Positions 1-13,141 are shown, numbered from the stretch's first letter. The stretch is DNA of 64,000 bases from Octopus bimaculoides (GCF_001194135.2 NC_068986.1:21013500-21077499), one strand, 5' to 3'. The notes: generated by a model not told the origin, from the letters alone. Program-made: numbers and translations.

Positions 1-606
1 TATATACATTGGTATGCTAAATTTTCTCATGCGATTTATGTATGTTTTATACACACACTCATACACACACACACACAGAGCCATAAACATACATAGATAC
101 ATGTGTATGTTTATGGTTGTGTGTGTGGTTTAAAGCACTAAAATGGATACTGTTTTTAATGTTGGAAATCATTCACATCAGTCTCGTACGTGACTAAATG
201 AACCGACCAATTGAATAAGTATTCCTCGCGGTGTTTTGGCAGACATTGTTAAACAAGTTGACTTTGGCGGCAAGACATAAAGAATCTGTCTTGAAATCAG
301 CTGAGGTATTTTGTACAGATGCCAGCCAGATTTCTTTATTTCCATCTTTTTAATAGCGGTGACACCTGGCAACTTCTTATAAAATACTTCAGTTCATATA
401 CAGAAAAAAAAAGTTATGGTCTTAATTTCGGAGTAAAGCCACACACACATATGTATGTATACATATATATATATATACATACATATATATAATATATATA
501 TGTACATGTATGTATATATATGTATATATATATATACATGTATATATATGTATGTATATATATGTATATGTATCTATATATATGTATGCATATATGTGTG
601 TGTATG

Positions 607-657
<51 letters not shown>

Positions 658-660
658 ATG

Positions 661-725
661 TAAGATAGAAATTTAAATGTAATAAAATGCTTTAAAAGAA
701 ATTTAAAGTACCTACGTGATAACTG
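661..725 (+). mobile_element. Fragment of the same MITE family as 22117-22340, running into an N-gap
   Basis: AGATAGAAATTTAAATGTAATAAAATG...AATTTAAAGTACCTACGTGATAACTG matches the interior just inside the right TIR of the 22117 element. Confidence 0.7.
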
Positions 726-1364
726 NNNNNNNNNNNNNNNNNNNNNNNNNNNNNNNNNNNNNNNNNNNNNNNNNNNNNNNNNNNNNNNNNNNNNNNNNNN
801 NNNNNNNNNNNNNNNNNNNNNNNNNNNNNNNNNNNNNNNNNNNNNNNNNNNNNNNNNNNNNNNNNNNNNNNNNNNNNNNNNNNNNNNNNNNNNNNNNNNN
901 NNNNNNNNNNNNNNNNNNNNNNNNNNNNNNNNNNNNNNNNNNNNNNNNNNNNNNNNNNNNNNNNNNNNNNNNNNNNNNNNNNNNNNNNNNNNNNNNNNNN
1001 NNNNNNNNNNNNNNNNNNNNNNNNNNNNNNNNNNNNNNNNNNNNNNNNNNNNNNNNNNNNNNNNNNNNNNNNNNNNNNNNNNNNNNNNNNNNNNNNNNNN
1101 NNNNNNNNNNNNNNNNNNNNNNNNNNNNNNNNNNNNNNNNNNNNNNNNNNNNNNNNNNNNNAAAGAATTTCCTGCCAAACCGAATCTGCGACGTAGTTTC
1201 GATTCCTGGTTGGTATCATTTCACTTCGCCTCAGCCTCTAATGTATTTTGGAGGAAAGGCATCTATGGCGCAGAATCTCCTTCCCCTCCTTCGATCAGTT
1301 TCTCACCAGGAATTCAAGAAATAGTTGAGTGTTAGTCCTTGATTTAGTTATTGTTTTACTAGTT

Positions 1365-1483
1365 TCTTACGGCCATATCACGTTGAAAGCACCGGTTCTC
1401 GTCCGATCACCGAAGTTAAGCAGCGACGAGCCTAGTGAGTACTTAGATGGGTGACCGCTTGGGAAACCTAGGTGCTGTAAACG
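1365..1483 (+). rRNA. 5S rRNA gene or pseudogene, single dispersed copy
   Basis: 119 nt, TCTTACGGCCATATCACGTTGAAAGCACCGGTTCTCGTCCGATCACCGAAGTTAAGC...AGATGGGTGACCGCTTGGGAAACCTAGGTGCTGTAAAC, matching the metazoan 5S pattern with box A-like and box C-like elements. Helix I keeps 7 pairs (1367-1373/1474-1480) but the two terminal pairs mismatch. CCTAG(1431-1435) pairs with CTAGG(1468-1472). The first TTTT is at 1492-1495, not at the 3' end, so function is uncertain. Confidence 0.9.
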
Positions 1484-1496
1484 TCACACACTTTTA

Positions 1497-1700
1497 AAGG
1501 CGGTGCTCCAGCATGGCCGCAGTCAAAATGACTGAGACAAGTAAAAGAATAGTTTCCGTCAGGGGTTTCCTATTGGACGGTTTAGTCGAACAAATCAACC
1601 CGAATATTCATTTATTTAGACCGTCCCTATAGACGAACCGCTATGCTACGGAGACATAAACAAACAAACACCAGTTTTCAAGCGGTGGGGAGACAAACAG
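1497..1700. mobile_element. Family C SINE fragments: plus-strand 3' tip (1497-1550) and minus-strand 3' half (about 1580-1700)
   Basis: AAAGGCGGTGCTCCAGCATGGCCGCAGTCAAAATGACTGAGACAAGTAAAAGAATA, then TTTAGTCGAACAAATCAACCC... Confidence 0.8.
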
Positions 1701-2622
1701 ATACGCATGCACGCAAGTGCGCGCACACACAAACAGATAATATACACTACGTAATTACACGAAACATGCATTAGATGCATTCAAAAAATCGTTTGACCTT
1801 GTTTTTACTTTATGTACAATAGGTTACACAATAGTATATATACAAAGGTCTCTAAAACGTGAACAGCGCCTTTTGATTATGTAGTTTCCATTATATTGCT
1901 AATAACCATTTTGTTGAGAATATGAATGTGAATATTGGCCTATGATCAAATGCTTTCCATCAATGATCATGCTATGTTTTCTGTAGTGCATGGTTTCATG
2001 ATTCTATATCTCCTTTTATTTTCTTTCTAAAAGCAGTAGTACGTGATTAGTAGGGGATAGAGTTTGTTGCTATTTCAAGCAAAAATGGAAACTACACATC
2101 GACTCATTGAAGTCATTAGAGAGCTAAGTGAATTGATCCTGCCCACCCAAGAGCAGATTCGTATTATTACATTTCCGAGTCATGATAGTAGAATTAAGAA
2201 GGCTTATTTAAGGTCTAATGGTGCGTGTGTCTGAGAAAGATCTGGCCCAGTAGCAAAGCGGAATAAATGTAAAAAGAATTCGAACTCATGACAAATTACA
2301 TGTTTTATTATCTGATCCACTCAGCTATCCCGTCTCCTACATCAACCGAAACACTTCACTTAATATGCTTTATGCTGACTTGATTCATGTCACCGGAGAC
2401 CAACGCTATTTTTTTGAATTCTTGAGATTATTCTATAATTATCATTACTCTAAAGTAAATAAGTCCCAGCGACACTTAATGGTAATAGCATCAACATTGG
2501 TCTCAGATAAATAATATTTAATCGTGCTTATCATCTCGTTTTATTTAATAATCTAATGATATTCCTAATAGTAATAAACGTTGGACATATTGCTTCCCGT
2601 AGGGGTCCTGTGACACTTGGCA

Positions 2623-2893
2623 TTTTAATGTGTCTTAATCTGATATGAGCGCTGTAAAATAAGAAGCAAGCTCCAAAAATGTAGATATTTCGATTCGATT
2701 TCGATTCCGCTACGTGGCGGTATCAGATCACTTGTGCGCACTTTTAATGTATTTTAGTAAGATATGAGCGCTATAAAGTAAGAAGTAAGCTCCCACTCCA
2801 CTCCCCAAATTTAGATACGTCAATTCGGTTTCGATTCCAGTACGTGGCGATATCACACCATTTATGCGAATTTTCAATTATCTTTAGTAAAGT
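2623..2893. repeat. Diverged tandem repeat, about 2.2 copies of 119-129 bp
   Basis: Units start at 2623, 2742 and 2871. Shared GATATGAGCGCT.TAAA.TAAGAAG.AAGCTCC and TTTCGATTCC..TACGTGGCG.TATCA. Confidence 0.85.
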
Positions 2894-3410
2894 AATGAAC
2901 GTGAAGACAAAATTCCCATTTGACCCTCTCTTAAAATATAGGATATTTGCACTTAGCCTAGGATAAGTCTATATTAACGAAGATTATGTTGTCAGTAAAT
3001 TGAAGAGGCTGATTCAATTTCAACTCAGTTCATTCCCGTTATTTTGTGTGACAAATATTACTTATGTGCGTGTGTCTGTGTGTAGATTCTGTGTTATTCA
3101 TGTAAGAAGAAAACCACTCTTAACAGCGTCTAGTGTAGTGTTTATTCGTCTTCCTCTTACTGTTCCTCCTTTTCTCTTTCACTAGTTTTTTTTTTTTTTT
3201 GCTTAACCCATTCTCATTATATCTACCACTTATATATGTTTCTCCAGCCCCTCTCTTTCTTTCTTTCCCTTCTATCTTGCTATCTCTCTCTCTCTACATT
3301 TCCTCTTCACATCTATATGCATGCATGTAATATATACATCACATATGTATGTGATATATATATATATATACACACACACAAGCATCCATATGAATATACA
3401 TACATTTATG

Positions 3411-3460
<50 letters not shown>

Positions 3461-3767
3461 AACACACACAAACACAAACACAAACACAAACACACACACA
3501 CACATGTTTGTATGTATGTATGTATGTTTAACATAAGTATCTAACACAATACGTGCATTATTCATTATTACTCAGATAAAAATCGGTGGAATTACAAAAT
3601 TACACTTGCGAAACGGCTATTAAGATAAAAAAAAAAATCCTATCTGATTATCACCACAGACGTATCAACAAACCAGAAAGTCAGGTTCAAACAGGTTGAA
3701 TTCCAACATACTCGGTGCGGAGTTTGCATCGTTCTCTGCTGTCTGACCTACTCTTCTGTGAATAATC

Positions 3768-3782
3768 TTGGGCCACCCTGTA
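3768..3782. mobile_element. Solitary TIR end related to the CAGGGTGGCCCAA MITE
   Basis: TTGGGCCACCCTG followed by TA. I found no partner TIR. Confidence 0.4.
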
Positions 3783-3786
3783 TATA

Positions 3787-3832
<46 letters not shown>

Positions 3833-3854
3833 TGCTTATATTATCCATATACTG

Positions 3855-3924
<70 letters not shown>

Positions 3925-3943
3925 TGCTTATATTATCCATATA

Positions 3944-3977
<34 letters not shown>

Positions 3978-4656
3978 AACAAATGATGGATTTTTCCCTT
4001 ATGAGGTTTTTTCATGCTAGCTACTTGATAAATTCTTATAAAAGACTTTATCCTATTATTGATATACATATATATATATATATATATAGATATATATAGT
4101 AATGCCTCAATATACGAGTTGACTTGTTCCCGGATACTGTTCATAAAGCAAAAAATCGTAAAGCAGAGCAATAATTTCCCATAGTAGCAATGTTATAAAT
4201 CGTAATTTGTTCCCAGAAAAATATTTTACCTATAACATTTATAAATCTCGTAAAATAAATGGCAAGAAAACAGTAGAATGTAGATTCATTTTCTGAATCA
4301 CTTCACTCACACTAGATTTGCGCACATCATTGCTTGTAGATGCAATCGCCGATTCACAAGCACTCGGAGACGGACTTCTAGATTTCTTTTAAAAAAAAAA
4401 CAAGTCTAGAGTTGTTTGCTTTAGAAGAAGTTCTTTTTTTTTTTTTNNNNNNNNNNNNNCTCTATAAATTTCTCGGTAACACGCAGAAGCATTTGATATG
4501 GTAGTAGAAAATTTGGATCTTGTACTTGAAAAATAAAATTCGTAAATCCGGGGTTTCGTAAAGTGAGGTATTACTATATATAAGTTACTGTGTTCGTGTG
4601 TGTGTGTGTGTGTGTGTGTGTGCATCATTAGCGTTGACTGTCGGAAGGAGTCTTCG

Positions 4657-4811
4657 TTTCAAATTTTGGCACGATGCCAGTAAGGTCGGAGGTGGGGGTA
4701 AGTCGATTACATCGACCCTTCAGTGGAATTCGAACTCAGAACGTAAAAGAAGACAAAATGTTGCTAAGCAGTTTGCCCTACGTTCTAACGATTTAGCCAA
4801 CTCACCGCTTT
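4657..4811 (-). mobile_element. SINE family M, internally deleted
   Basis: tRNA-like head (TGGCTAAATCG, GAGTTCGAATTC) joined directly to the tail; central domain missing. Confidence 0.7.
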
Positions 4812-5702
4812 GCTGTCGGGATATATATATGTATATGTGTATATATATGTGTGTATATGTATGCATGTTTACACAAAGTTTACGAACAGAAATCCTCCAA
4901 TATCACCAAACTGGCTAATTTAAATAGTAGCAGTCACAAGGAGGTTAAACACCAACTGAAGTGCGGAGACGCTGCCTAGAGTCACAGAAGTGGTTTTGTC
5001 GGATGAAAAATCCATTAAAACATAACTTTCATTAAGTGAAGAACCTACAAATAATTACAAACTATCTGAAACAATTCATGGGTGGGGGTGGCTGGTTGGT
5101 ACGTAGAGCTATAAATGTTTTCTACCGACGCACTATGTGAGTGGGCGATGTGTTGTCAAATGTCAAGTTGAACTGAAATGCTTATGAACACCCACATGTG
5201 TATATATATATGAATATATATGTACATATGTAAATATAGATGTGAATTATTGACCTAAGAAGTGTACATTTTAATTGCGCTTCGGGTCAAACAGGACTGT
5301 TACAATATGAAGTGTAGCTTCTACAGTATTTATATATATACATACATATAACTTAAGTGCAATATTCAGCAGCCGGCTTTCGTAGAGACGAGCACACGAA
5401 GTGGAGTCGAGATAAAGATAATAACAAAAACAAAAAAAATTGTGAGTCATTCATCTCTAGATATGTTTTCTATGATGCTGGGGTAAAACAGGGTTTCACT
5501 ACAATGATAGTTTTATTCACAGAAAAACAGAATACCCTGCGGTGAACATATTAAAAGGGCGTGGGGGGAATGGTATCACGTGACTTTGCACTGGATTACC
5601 AAAATGTAAGGAATAATTAATAAAGTCGTGACTTTAAACGGAATACCGAGAAAGAATAAGAAAAGAAAAACAGGTATTTATAACTTTATTTTCATTTGTC
5701 TA

Positions 5703-5858
5703 TCTACGTTCTGATTTCAAGTGCTGCCGAGGTCGACTCTGCCTTTCATGTTTTCGGTGTTGATAAAATAAAGTACCAGTTTAGTGCTGGGATCAATGTA
5801 ATCGAACTTCTTCTCTCCTTAAAATTGCTGGCCTTGTGCCAAAATTAGAAAGAATTAT
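5703..5858 (+). mobile_element. SINE family M, 5'-truncated
   Basis: B-box remnant, central GCCTTTCAT...GATAAAATAAAGTACCAG domain, tail GGCCTTGTGCCAAAATTAGAAAGAAT. Confidence 0.8.
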
Positions 5859-8424
5859 CGTTTAAACGTATGCCGTTCACTTATCGATCTTAAATTCTTT
5901 TTGGTTTGTCTTGTCTGGTTTTACTGATCGAAAACCGATAGGTCTTTAAATATAACTCTTAATGACTTAAACAGTAGCTAATTAAAGTGTTCTTAATGAT
6001 TATTTCATCTTGGTTTGTATAGCGCTTGTGGTCAGAGTGAACAACTATTAAGTGTTGTCTGGATACTGGTTCATGTATATACACATCCACGCGCACACAC
6101 ACTCATACACAACATACACACACACACGCCTCAGGCACCGACAGACATATATATTCGCACATACACGCATATGTGTTTATGTGTGCGCGTGTGTGTGTCT
6201 GCATACATATACATGTTTGTGTGTGGATGGATGTGTGTGTGTGTGTACACGTATAATTTTATCTGGGGATGCCTAAATCGAATTAGTCGGACATCATTTC
6301 TTTCTGTTTACATACACTTTTAGCGATTTCCAGTAGATTTAATCGCTGACAATTGTAGATTTATAGAAATAATATATAGATAAGTACCTACAATACTGTG
6401 CAGGTAAGTAGCATTTACTGGTTCGCAGGAGTCTTCGTGGAATTCTGATGAGAATATGAATCATGTAATCCTACGAGAATATTCACTGATCGTTTTTTTA
6501 ATATTTTATATGAAACACTTTCAATATGATACCTTTACAAGCCATTCTAGAGTAAATTTCGTTTTCCTTTTTCTGTTTTTAATTTAATACACTTTTTTTT
6601 TCAACGATATACATCTCTAACATTGTCCTATTACGTATTGTTTTAAATAAACCAAGTAAATTGACTGATGAAATTGATTGATGAGGGCTTAACACTTCTC
6701 GATACTTCTTTCAAGTGATTGCTGTTGGTTGGTTTAGTTTTTATGGATTGCTTTCGTACTTTCGGTTTCGACAAATATCAATGTCAAACAAGTGAGACTG
6801 ATGGGAATTTACTATAATAATAATAATAATAATCGTGAAGAGTGACAATAAGAGTAAAACAGAAAAGAAAGGGAGCTGGAATTTCCTTTTGCATTGGGAT
6901 CTTGTGCAGAAATAGATTTGTATTATTATATTTCCAAGTCGTGATGATTAGATTAAGAAAGCTTACTTCCGGTCTTGTCGTACGTGTGTCTGGGAGAGAT
7001 CTGGCAACAGCATCTGTCGTGATCTAAAATATAACTTTGCTATAGTGGAGCATACATTCATGTCTCTTAAGTTATTCACGATTTATCATGTATTTCCTTT
7101 CTGCCGTTTTACATATGTGGCATTATGATTGATTGAAATATATATTTAACAGAGCTGTGGCAAGACAAACTAAACCCGATACTCTTAGAGCTTACCCTTA
7201 CTCCACTGTCATTTCCCATTCCTTGTTGATTGCGAATATGAAACTAAAATAGAATACTCTAAACTTGAATGACAGTAAATAGCAACATTCTGAAATGACC
7301 TGAAACATCGCTAAAGAACATGATTAATGGACTAATACACTTGTTGCATGTCATGTTGGGAAATTAAAGCAATGATCGAAAGCCATGGTGATGATATTCA
7401 CGTATGTGTTTGCTTATATTTGCTTGTATAATTGTGTTGCGTATATTTATATATTACGCGTAATAGAAGGAGATTAAAAATCTATATAATTAAGTTCTAT
7501 ATATTTTATTCTATAATTATATGTATATTTTGTTGTCTTGCCTTCGAAACCCTTGCCTGTTTTTCTAAAATATATTTATTTCCAAAAGTTGCCGTTGATT
7601 GTCAGGCAACAACCAGATTATTTGTATTTAGATCAAGTGATAAAAAGGAATTATAGCCGTCACTTTACTGTTCATAATTAAACTTATTTTAGACTCTCTC
7701 CTATTAGTTTATAACAAAAAAAAAAAGAAACATAATATACATCTTTCCAACAGGTACCTGAACTTAGTATTGAACGCACGAACTATTCTTCTTTATTATA
7801 TAGCTTAATTATTTTGCAAGTTGTGTATGGAGTACTTTTTTTTTTTAAATTTCAAGCTTCATTATTACAATTCTTCCGATTTGCAATGGTAATTTCTTCT
7901 TCAATTGAGATTATTTCTCGCGAGCATGCTACATCATTGCAGAAATTAACCAGTTTGAATTTCAATGAAAACTCTTCTATACAATTCACCATCTGTAACC
8001 AGAGATAGGCTTTAACTATAGTTTTAGTGTACAATAACGCCAGATAGAAATAATATTCTGGATAATGAAAAATCAATGCAAATGTTTCCATCCGACAATT
8101 AAAAGACGCCGGCAAGATTAAAGAATATAAAAAGTTTTGTTTAGAAGAAAGAATTCTAAGTTCTGTGAGAATATATTATGACTGGAAATGATAAGGCATG
8201 TTATCGTTTTAGAGTAAAGACAAAACATACAAACAAAAAGAAACTAATTATTTGTATTTCATCTTCAGTAATTCAATTAATCGCTGTAAAAGTTCCATTG
8301 TAAGAATCATAAATATAATGCTGTAGTAGCCTTCATTCGTCGAGCGTAAATGATTTACGCAATCTGGTACTGTTGTTTTTAGAGTCCTACTGGTGTTCAT
8401 TCTTACGGAATTATTATATATTGG

Positions 8425-8637
8425 TTTCAATTTTTGGCACAAGGCCAGCAAGTTCAGCAGAGGGGTTAAGTCAATTACATCGACCGCAGTACTCAACTGG
8501 TACTTATTTTATTCGACCAAGAAAGGATAAAAGGCAAAAATCGACCTCGGTGGAATTTGAATTCAGAAGGTAAAGACGGACGAAATGCCGCTAAGCATTT
8601 TGTTTGGCGTGCTAAAGATTCTGCCAGCTCGCTGCCT
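8425..8637 (-). mobile_element. SINE family M, full length
   Basis: Reverse complement of head, central domain and tail. Confidence 0.85.
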
Positions 8638-8699
8638 AACGAGATATAATGCGGCTTTTAAAGGTTTACCTTAGCTTACATCAATATATTATATTCCAA

Positions 8700-8995
8700 G
8701 GCGGCGAGCTGGCAGAATCGTTAGCACGCCGGGCGAAATGCTTAGATGTAATCGACTTAATCCGTTCGTCTGTTCTTGTTTGTTCCCTCTATGTTTAGCC
8801 CCTTGTGGGCAATAACGAAATAGGTATTTCGTCTGCCTTTACATTCTGAGTTCAAATTCCGCCGAGGTCGACTTTGCCTTTCATCCTTTCGGGGTTGATA
8901 AATTAAGTTGCATACTGGAGTCGATCTAATCGACTGGCCCCCTCCCTGCCAAAAAAAAAATTTCGGGCCTTGTGCTTTGAGTAGAAAAGAATATA
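8700..8995 (+). mobile_element. SINE family M with a 77-bp alternative-tail insert between the A and B boxes
   Basis: Head 8700-8745, insert 8746-8822, resumption at GGTATTTCGTC, then central domain and tail. Confidence 0.85.
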
Positions 8996-9077
8996 TTATA
9001 TTCCATGAAGGCAGTGGCGAGCTGGCAAAATAGTTAGCATGTTTTGACAAAATACATCGCACACATACACACACACA

Positions 9078-9712
9078 TAGACAGATAGATTTCTTTATTA
9101 GGTCACGCAGAGCCGAACACAGGGGGGACAATACAATGTAGAATTTTTCTTTTCAAAACCGATTAATAAGGATCGAAGCGTTTTGGGACGTGTACACAAT
9201 GAGATAACAAGGTAACGTTTTAACAAAAGAAATTCCCAGAAGTGGGGAGAAAATATAACACTGACTAAGGTTATCCTTGGAAAGGAAAACCTACGAAAAA
9301 TCCACGGTAATCTCGGAAAAAATAAACTTTAGAGCAAAATTCCCTTTCTCTTGTTGTTTTATAGGTTTATGTTCAAAGTAGGTCTGTCATTCATGCGTAC
9401 CATCTTTGCTACATTCGCCCACTTTTTATTAAACTTTTTATTAGACAAAATTTCCCTCTTTACTCTCACCTTCCTTTTCAAGTAATACTTGAAAAAGTTG
9501 ATGAGAGGTTGGCCAGAAAGGAAAGTATTTGTCTCTAAGACTTTCAAACGAGTCCACCATACACATTCTTTCGCCATAGCTACCACTACGATGAAAACTG
9601 CCTTGCTTTCCCGGTTAAAGAAAGGTGAGAGGGAAATATTTACGATACACTCGGTTGACAACCAGACTCGTCCCACATGTGACAGCAGCTGTTCGACATA
9701 AGCCCACAGGTC
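9078..9712 (-). mobile_element. 5'-truncated L1/Tx1-like LINE, ORF2 C-terminus plus 3' UTR
   Basis: Minus-strand frame LWAYVEQLLSHVGRVWLSTECIVNI...VVAMAKECVWWTRLK...FFKYYLKRKVRVKRE...KWANV (ORF 9359-9676) resembles Tx1/L1 ORF2 C-termini (pattern recognition, no search run). Followed by a T-rich UTR, AATAAA and an (ATCT)n tail. Confidence 0.7.
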
Positions 9713-10164
9713 TTAGATAGATAGATAGATAGATAATCCAAGGTATTTCAGCTATGACTCTGTAAATTTTTGACATTCACCGAACTTCCATTATTAACAG
9801 TAGTATTAAAGTATGTACCACTTGCGTCACTAGACATATACAGAAGGGAAAAGCCAGCAGTCATCTGCGAACGAATGTGTACCATGCTTTCGTCAATTGT
9901 TTTAGCTGCCAACATACATAGACACATTCGTTAGTCGTCGACCTTTTGGCATAGTGTCACAGCTGGGGAGAGGGAGAGGGAGAGAGAGAGAGAGAGAGAG
10001 AGGCTTCAGTAGAGTACTCATTTGCAGCTGAAAAGATTGGGGCAACAAGCTTACTTAAGGAGCACAAGCTACCCGGTCCAGGATTTGAACCTACTACATT
10101 ATGGTTTAAGCTGAACACCGTAACCAATAAGCTAGGCGACTTTACGCATTGTATATAATAATCC

Positions 10165-10310
10165 TTTCTTCTTTAGGCACAGGGCCCGGAATTTTGGAGA
10201 GGTGAAGGTTAGCCGATTGCATTGAACCCTGTGCACAAATTGTACTCATGTCATCGTACCCAAAAGGCTGAAAGACAAAATCGACTTTGGCGGAATGTGA
10301 ACTCAGACAG
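10165..10310 (-). mobile_element. SINE family M, diverged partial copy
   Basis: Tail, central domain and B box recognisable on the minus strand. Confidence 0.65.
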
Positions 10311-10367
10311 ACGCCTGTCTTTACGTCCTATCTGTCAATCTACCTAATCTGTCTTACGCATTGCATA

Positions 10368-10471
10368 CTGCAATCCCTCGCCATATACAGTACTGTTTCT
10401 ACTTCGCGGAACTTCACATATCGCGGGATGGGGTTTAGATCGTAACATCCGCGATATTCGAAGGATTACTG
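10368..10471. mobile_element. Short deletion derivative (104 bp) of the 44317 MITE family, opposite orientation
   Basis: CTGCAATCCCTCG ... CGAAGGATTACTG with TA flanks. The interior aligns to the reverse complement of roughly 44317-44400. Confidence 0.75.
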
Positions 10472-10737
10472 TATAATGTGAATTATTTTGTTTGTATGTT
10501 TTTAATGACAAAGTTTTTAGACTTTTTCTTCGGTTAAATGAAATGAGAAACTTACATACAATAGGGTGAAATTAAAATATGAATATAAGATTGGTTTTTA
10601 CCCCACCTTCCACCCCATACATACACACATACACACTAATATATACATACATACATACATGCAAACATATATTTGCATGTATATATAGTCCACGCTGCAG
10701 AGNNNNNNNNNNCATGTATATATAGTCCACGCTGCAG

Positions 10738-10880
10738 AGTGGTTGGTGTTAGGAAGGGCATCCAGCCGTAAAAACCTTGCCAAAACACTCCGTAGCCTAG
10801 GGTAGTTTTCTACTTAGCCGACATCTGTCAACCGTCCTACCCTTACATGCATGGAAGACGGGCGTTAAACGATGATTATG
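10738..10880 (+). mobile_element. Retroelement 3' tail, RTE-like
   Basis: GGTTGGTGTTAGGAAGGGCATCCAGCCGTAAAAACC...CATGGAAGACGGGCGTTAAAC ending in a (GAT)n-like tail. Family assignment is from memory only. Confidence 0.5.
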
Positions 10881-11276
10881 ATATAGAAACACTTATGTAC
10901 ATACATCCTTATGTACACACATACATCATGCATACGTATATACATATACATACATACTTTCACATATGCACAAGCATACGTGCACACATAGAAATAGATA
11001 TACGTACAATCATTCACGTACAACCTTTACTTTCCAACTAAGCAAAGCCTAGTCAGTAATTTCTGTTCCCGAATTACAGACAATAAATATAAAACAATTA
11101 GATTCGCTAGCTGGCATATCACATATATTCTAGACCCCAATACTGAAGTGAATCGCATCAGCTTTTGAAGATCATTTAAGGCTAAAAAAAACAAACCACC
11201 AGCAACAGCAAGGTACATACATACATACATACATACATATGCACACACGCACACAATACACACAAACTGTGTATGC

Positions 11277-11325
<49 letters not shown>

Positions 11326-11987
11326 CATGCCTATATGCAAGTACATGCATGTATGTATGCATATATATGGGCCATTCCTGGCCGAAACCTCTCTGTATGT
11401 ATGTATGTATGTATATATATATATATATAAAGTATATTTGAATATATTTATATGAATGTATACGTATGTATGTATACATTTACAAAGTATATTTATACAC
11501 ATATATATAGTTCTGTGTGTGTGAGTATAGATGTGTGTGATTATGCATGTAGACATGTGTATATATATATGTGTGTGTGTGTGTGTGTAGATAATATACC
11601 TGCCTGAAAAATGAGATTGGAGTTTAAACAAAGCAGATCAATAAGAGCAAATCGATATAATTAACTGTCAGAAAGCACGGCTACTTGAAGTGTGAGGAAG
11701 AATCTCTTGAGTTAGTTTGGCGTCAACCACAGAACTGACCAGAAATCATTTTGTCTGCGAAAACGGAGAGAGAGAGAGAGTAAAGATCTTTACGTGGAGA
11801 TTAATTTGAGCATTTTCTTTCTCATTTTTTTTTGTTGTTTTTTTTTGGTTTGCAATCTCGCATTTGGTATTATTTTCATGTTAATACACCCACAGCCACC
11901 AAACACAGACACAAATATGTGTATGAATGTATGCATATACGTATATACATGCGTATTTATGTATATGCATATTTACATTCATATGCA

Positions 11988-12036
<49 letters not shown>

Positions 12037-12708
12037 GTATATCAGTACATATATACATACGTATGTGTATATGTACATACGTAAATATTTATACATACAT
12101 ACGTAAGTATATATACAAACATACCTATATATATAGTGTATATATATATATATATATATATANNNNNNNNNNNNNNNNNNNNNNNNNNNNNNNNNNNNNN
12201 NNNNNNNNNNNNNNNNNNNNNNNNNNNNNNNNNNNNNNNNNNNNNNNNNNNNNNNNNNNNNNNNNNNNNNNNNNNNNNNNNNNNNNNNNNNNNNNNNNNN
12301 NNNNNNNNNNNNNNNNNNNNNNNNNNNNNNNNNNNNNNNNNNNNNNNNNNNNNNNNNNNNNNNNNNNNNNNNNNNNNNNNNNNNNNNNNNNNNNNNNNNN
12401 NNNNNNNNNNNNNNNNNNNNNNNNNNNNNNNNNNNNNNNNNNNNNNNNNNNNNNNNNNNNNNNNNNNNNNNNNNNNNNNNNNNNNNNNNNNNNNNNNNNN
12501 NNNNNNNNNNNNNNNNNNNNNNNNNNNNNNNNNNNNNNNNNNNNNNNNNNNNNNNNNNNNNNNNNNNNNNNNNNNNNNNNNNNNNNNNNNNNNNNNNNNN
12601 NNNNNNNNNNNNNNNNNNNNNNNNNNNNNNNNNNNNNNNNNNNNNNNNNNNNNNNNNNNNNNNNNNNNNNNNNNNNNNNNNNNNNNNNNNNNNNNNNNNN
12701 NNNNNNNN

Positions 12709-12798
12709 TGTGTGTGTGTGTGTATGTGTGTGAGTATTTATATATGTATATATATGTGTATGTGTGTGTGTGTGTATGTGTGTGAGTATTTATATATG

Positions 12799-12838
<40 letters not shown>

Positions 12839-13079
12839 TATTTATATATGTATATATGTGTGTGTGAGTATTTATATATGTATATATATATATGTGTGTG
12901 TGTATGTGTGTGAGTATTTAAATATGTATATATATATATGTGTGTGTGTGTGTCTGTGTGTGAGTATTTAAATATGTATATATATATATGTGTGTGAGTA
13001 TTTAAATATGTATATATATATATATATGTGTGTGAGTATTTAAATATGTATATATATATATATGTGTGTGAGTATGTAA

Positions 13080-13110
<31 letters not shown>
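12709..13110. repeat. Compound microsatellite array with a constant GTGAGTATTTA(A/T)ATATGTA core
   Basis: About 10 cores separated by variable (TA)n and (TG)n. Confidence 0.85.
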
Positions 13111-13123
<13 letters not shown>

Positions 13124-13141
13124 ATATGTATATAAGTATAC

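Noticed and set aside
3825-3960. About 40-bp duplication at a 92-bp period inside (TA)n
   Set aside because: Exact copies embedded in microsatellite; slippage or misassembly is sufficient.
6446-6490. CTGATGA hits here and at 13659, 18764, 34995 and 46139, and GAAAC-N-GTH hits near 1205, 27272 and 62976
   Set aside because: Each lacks at least two of stem I, stem II and the second core half; consistent with chance.
10676-10739. 27-bp direct repeat flanking a 10-N gap
   Set aside because: Typical overlap of unmerged contig ends; an assembly artefact.
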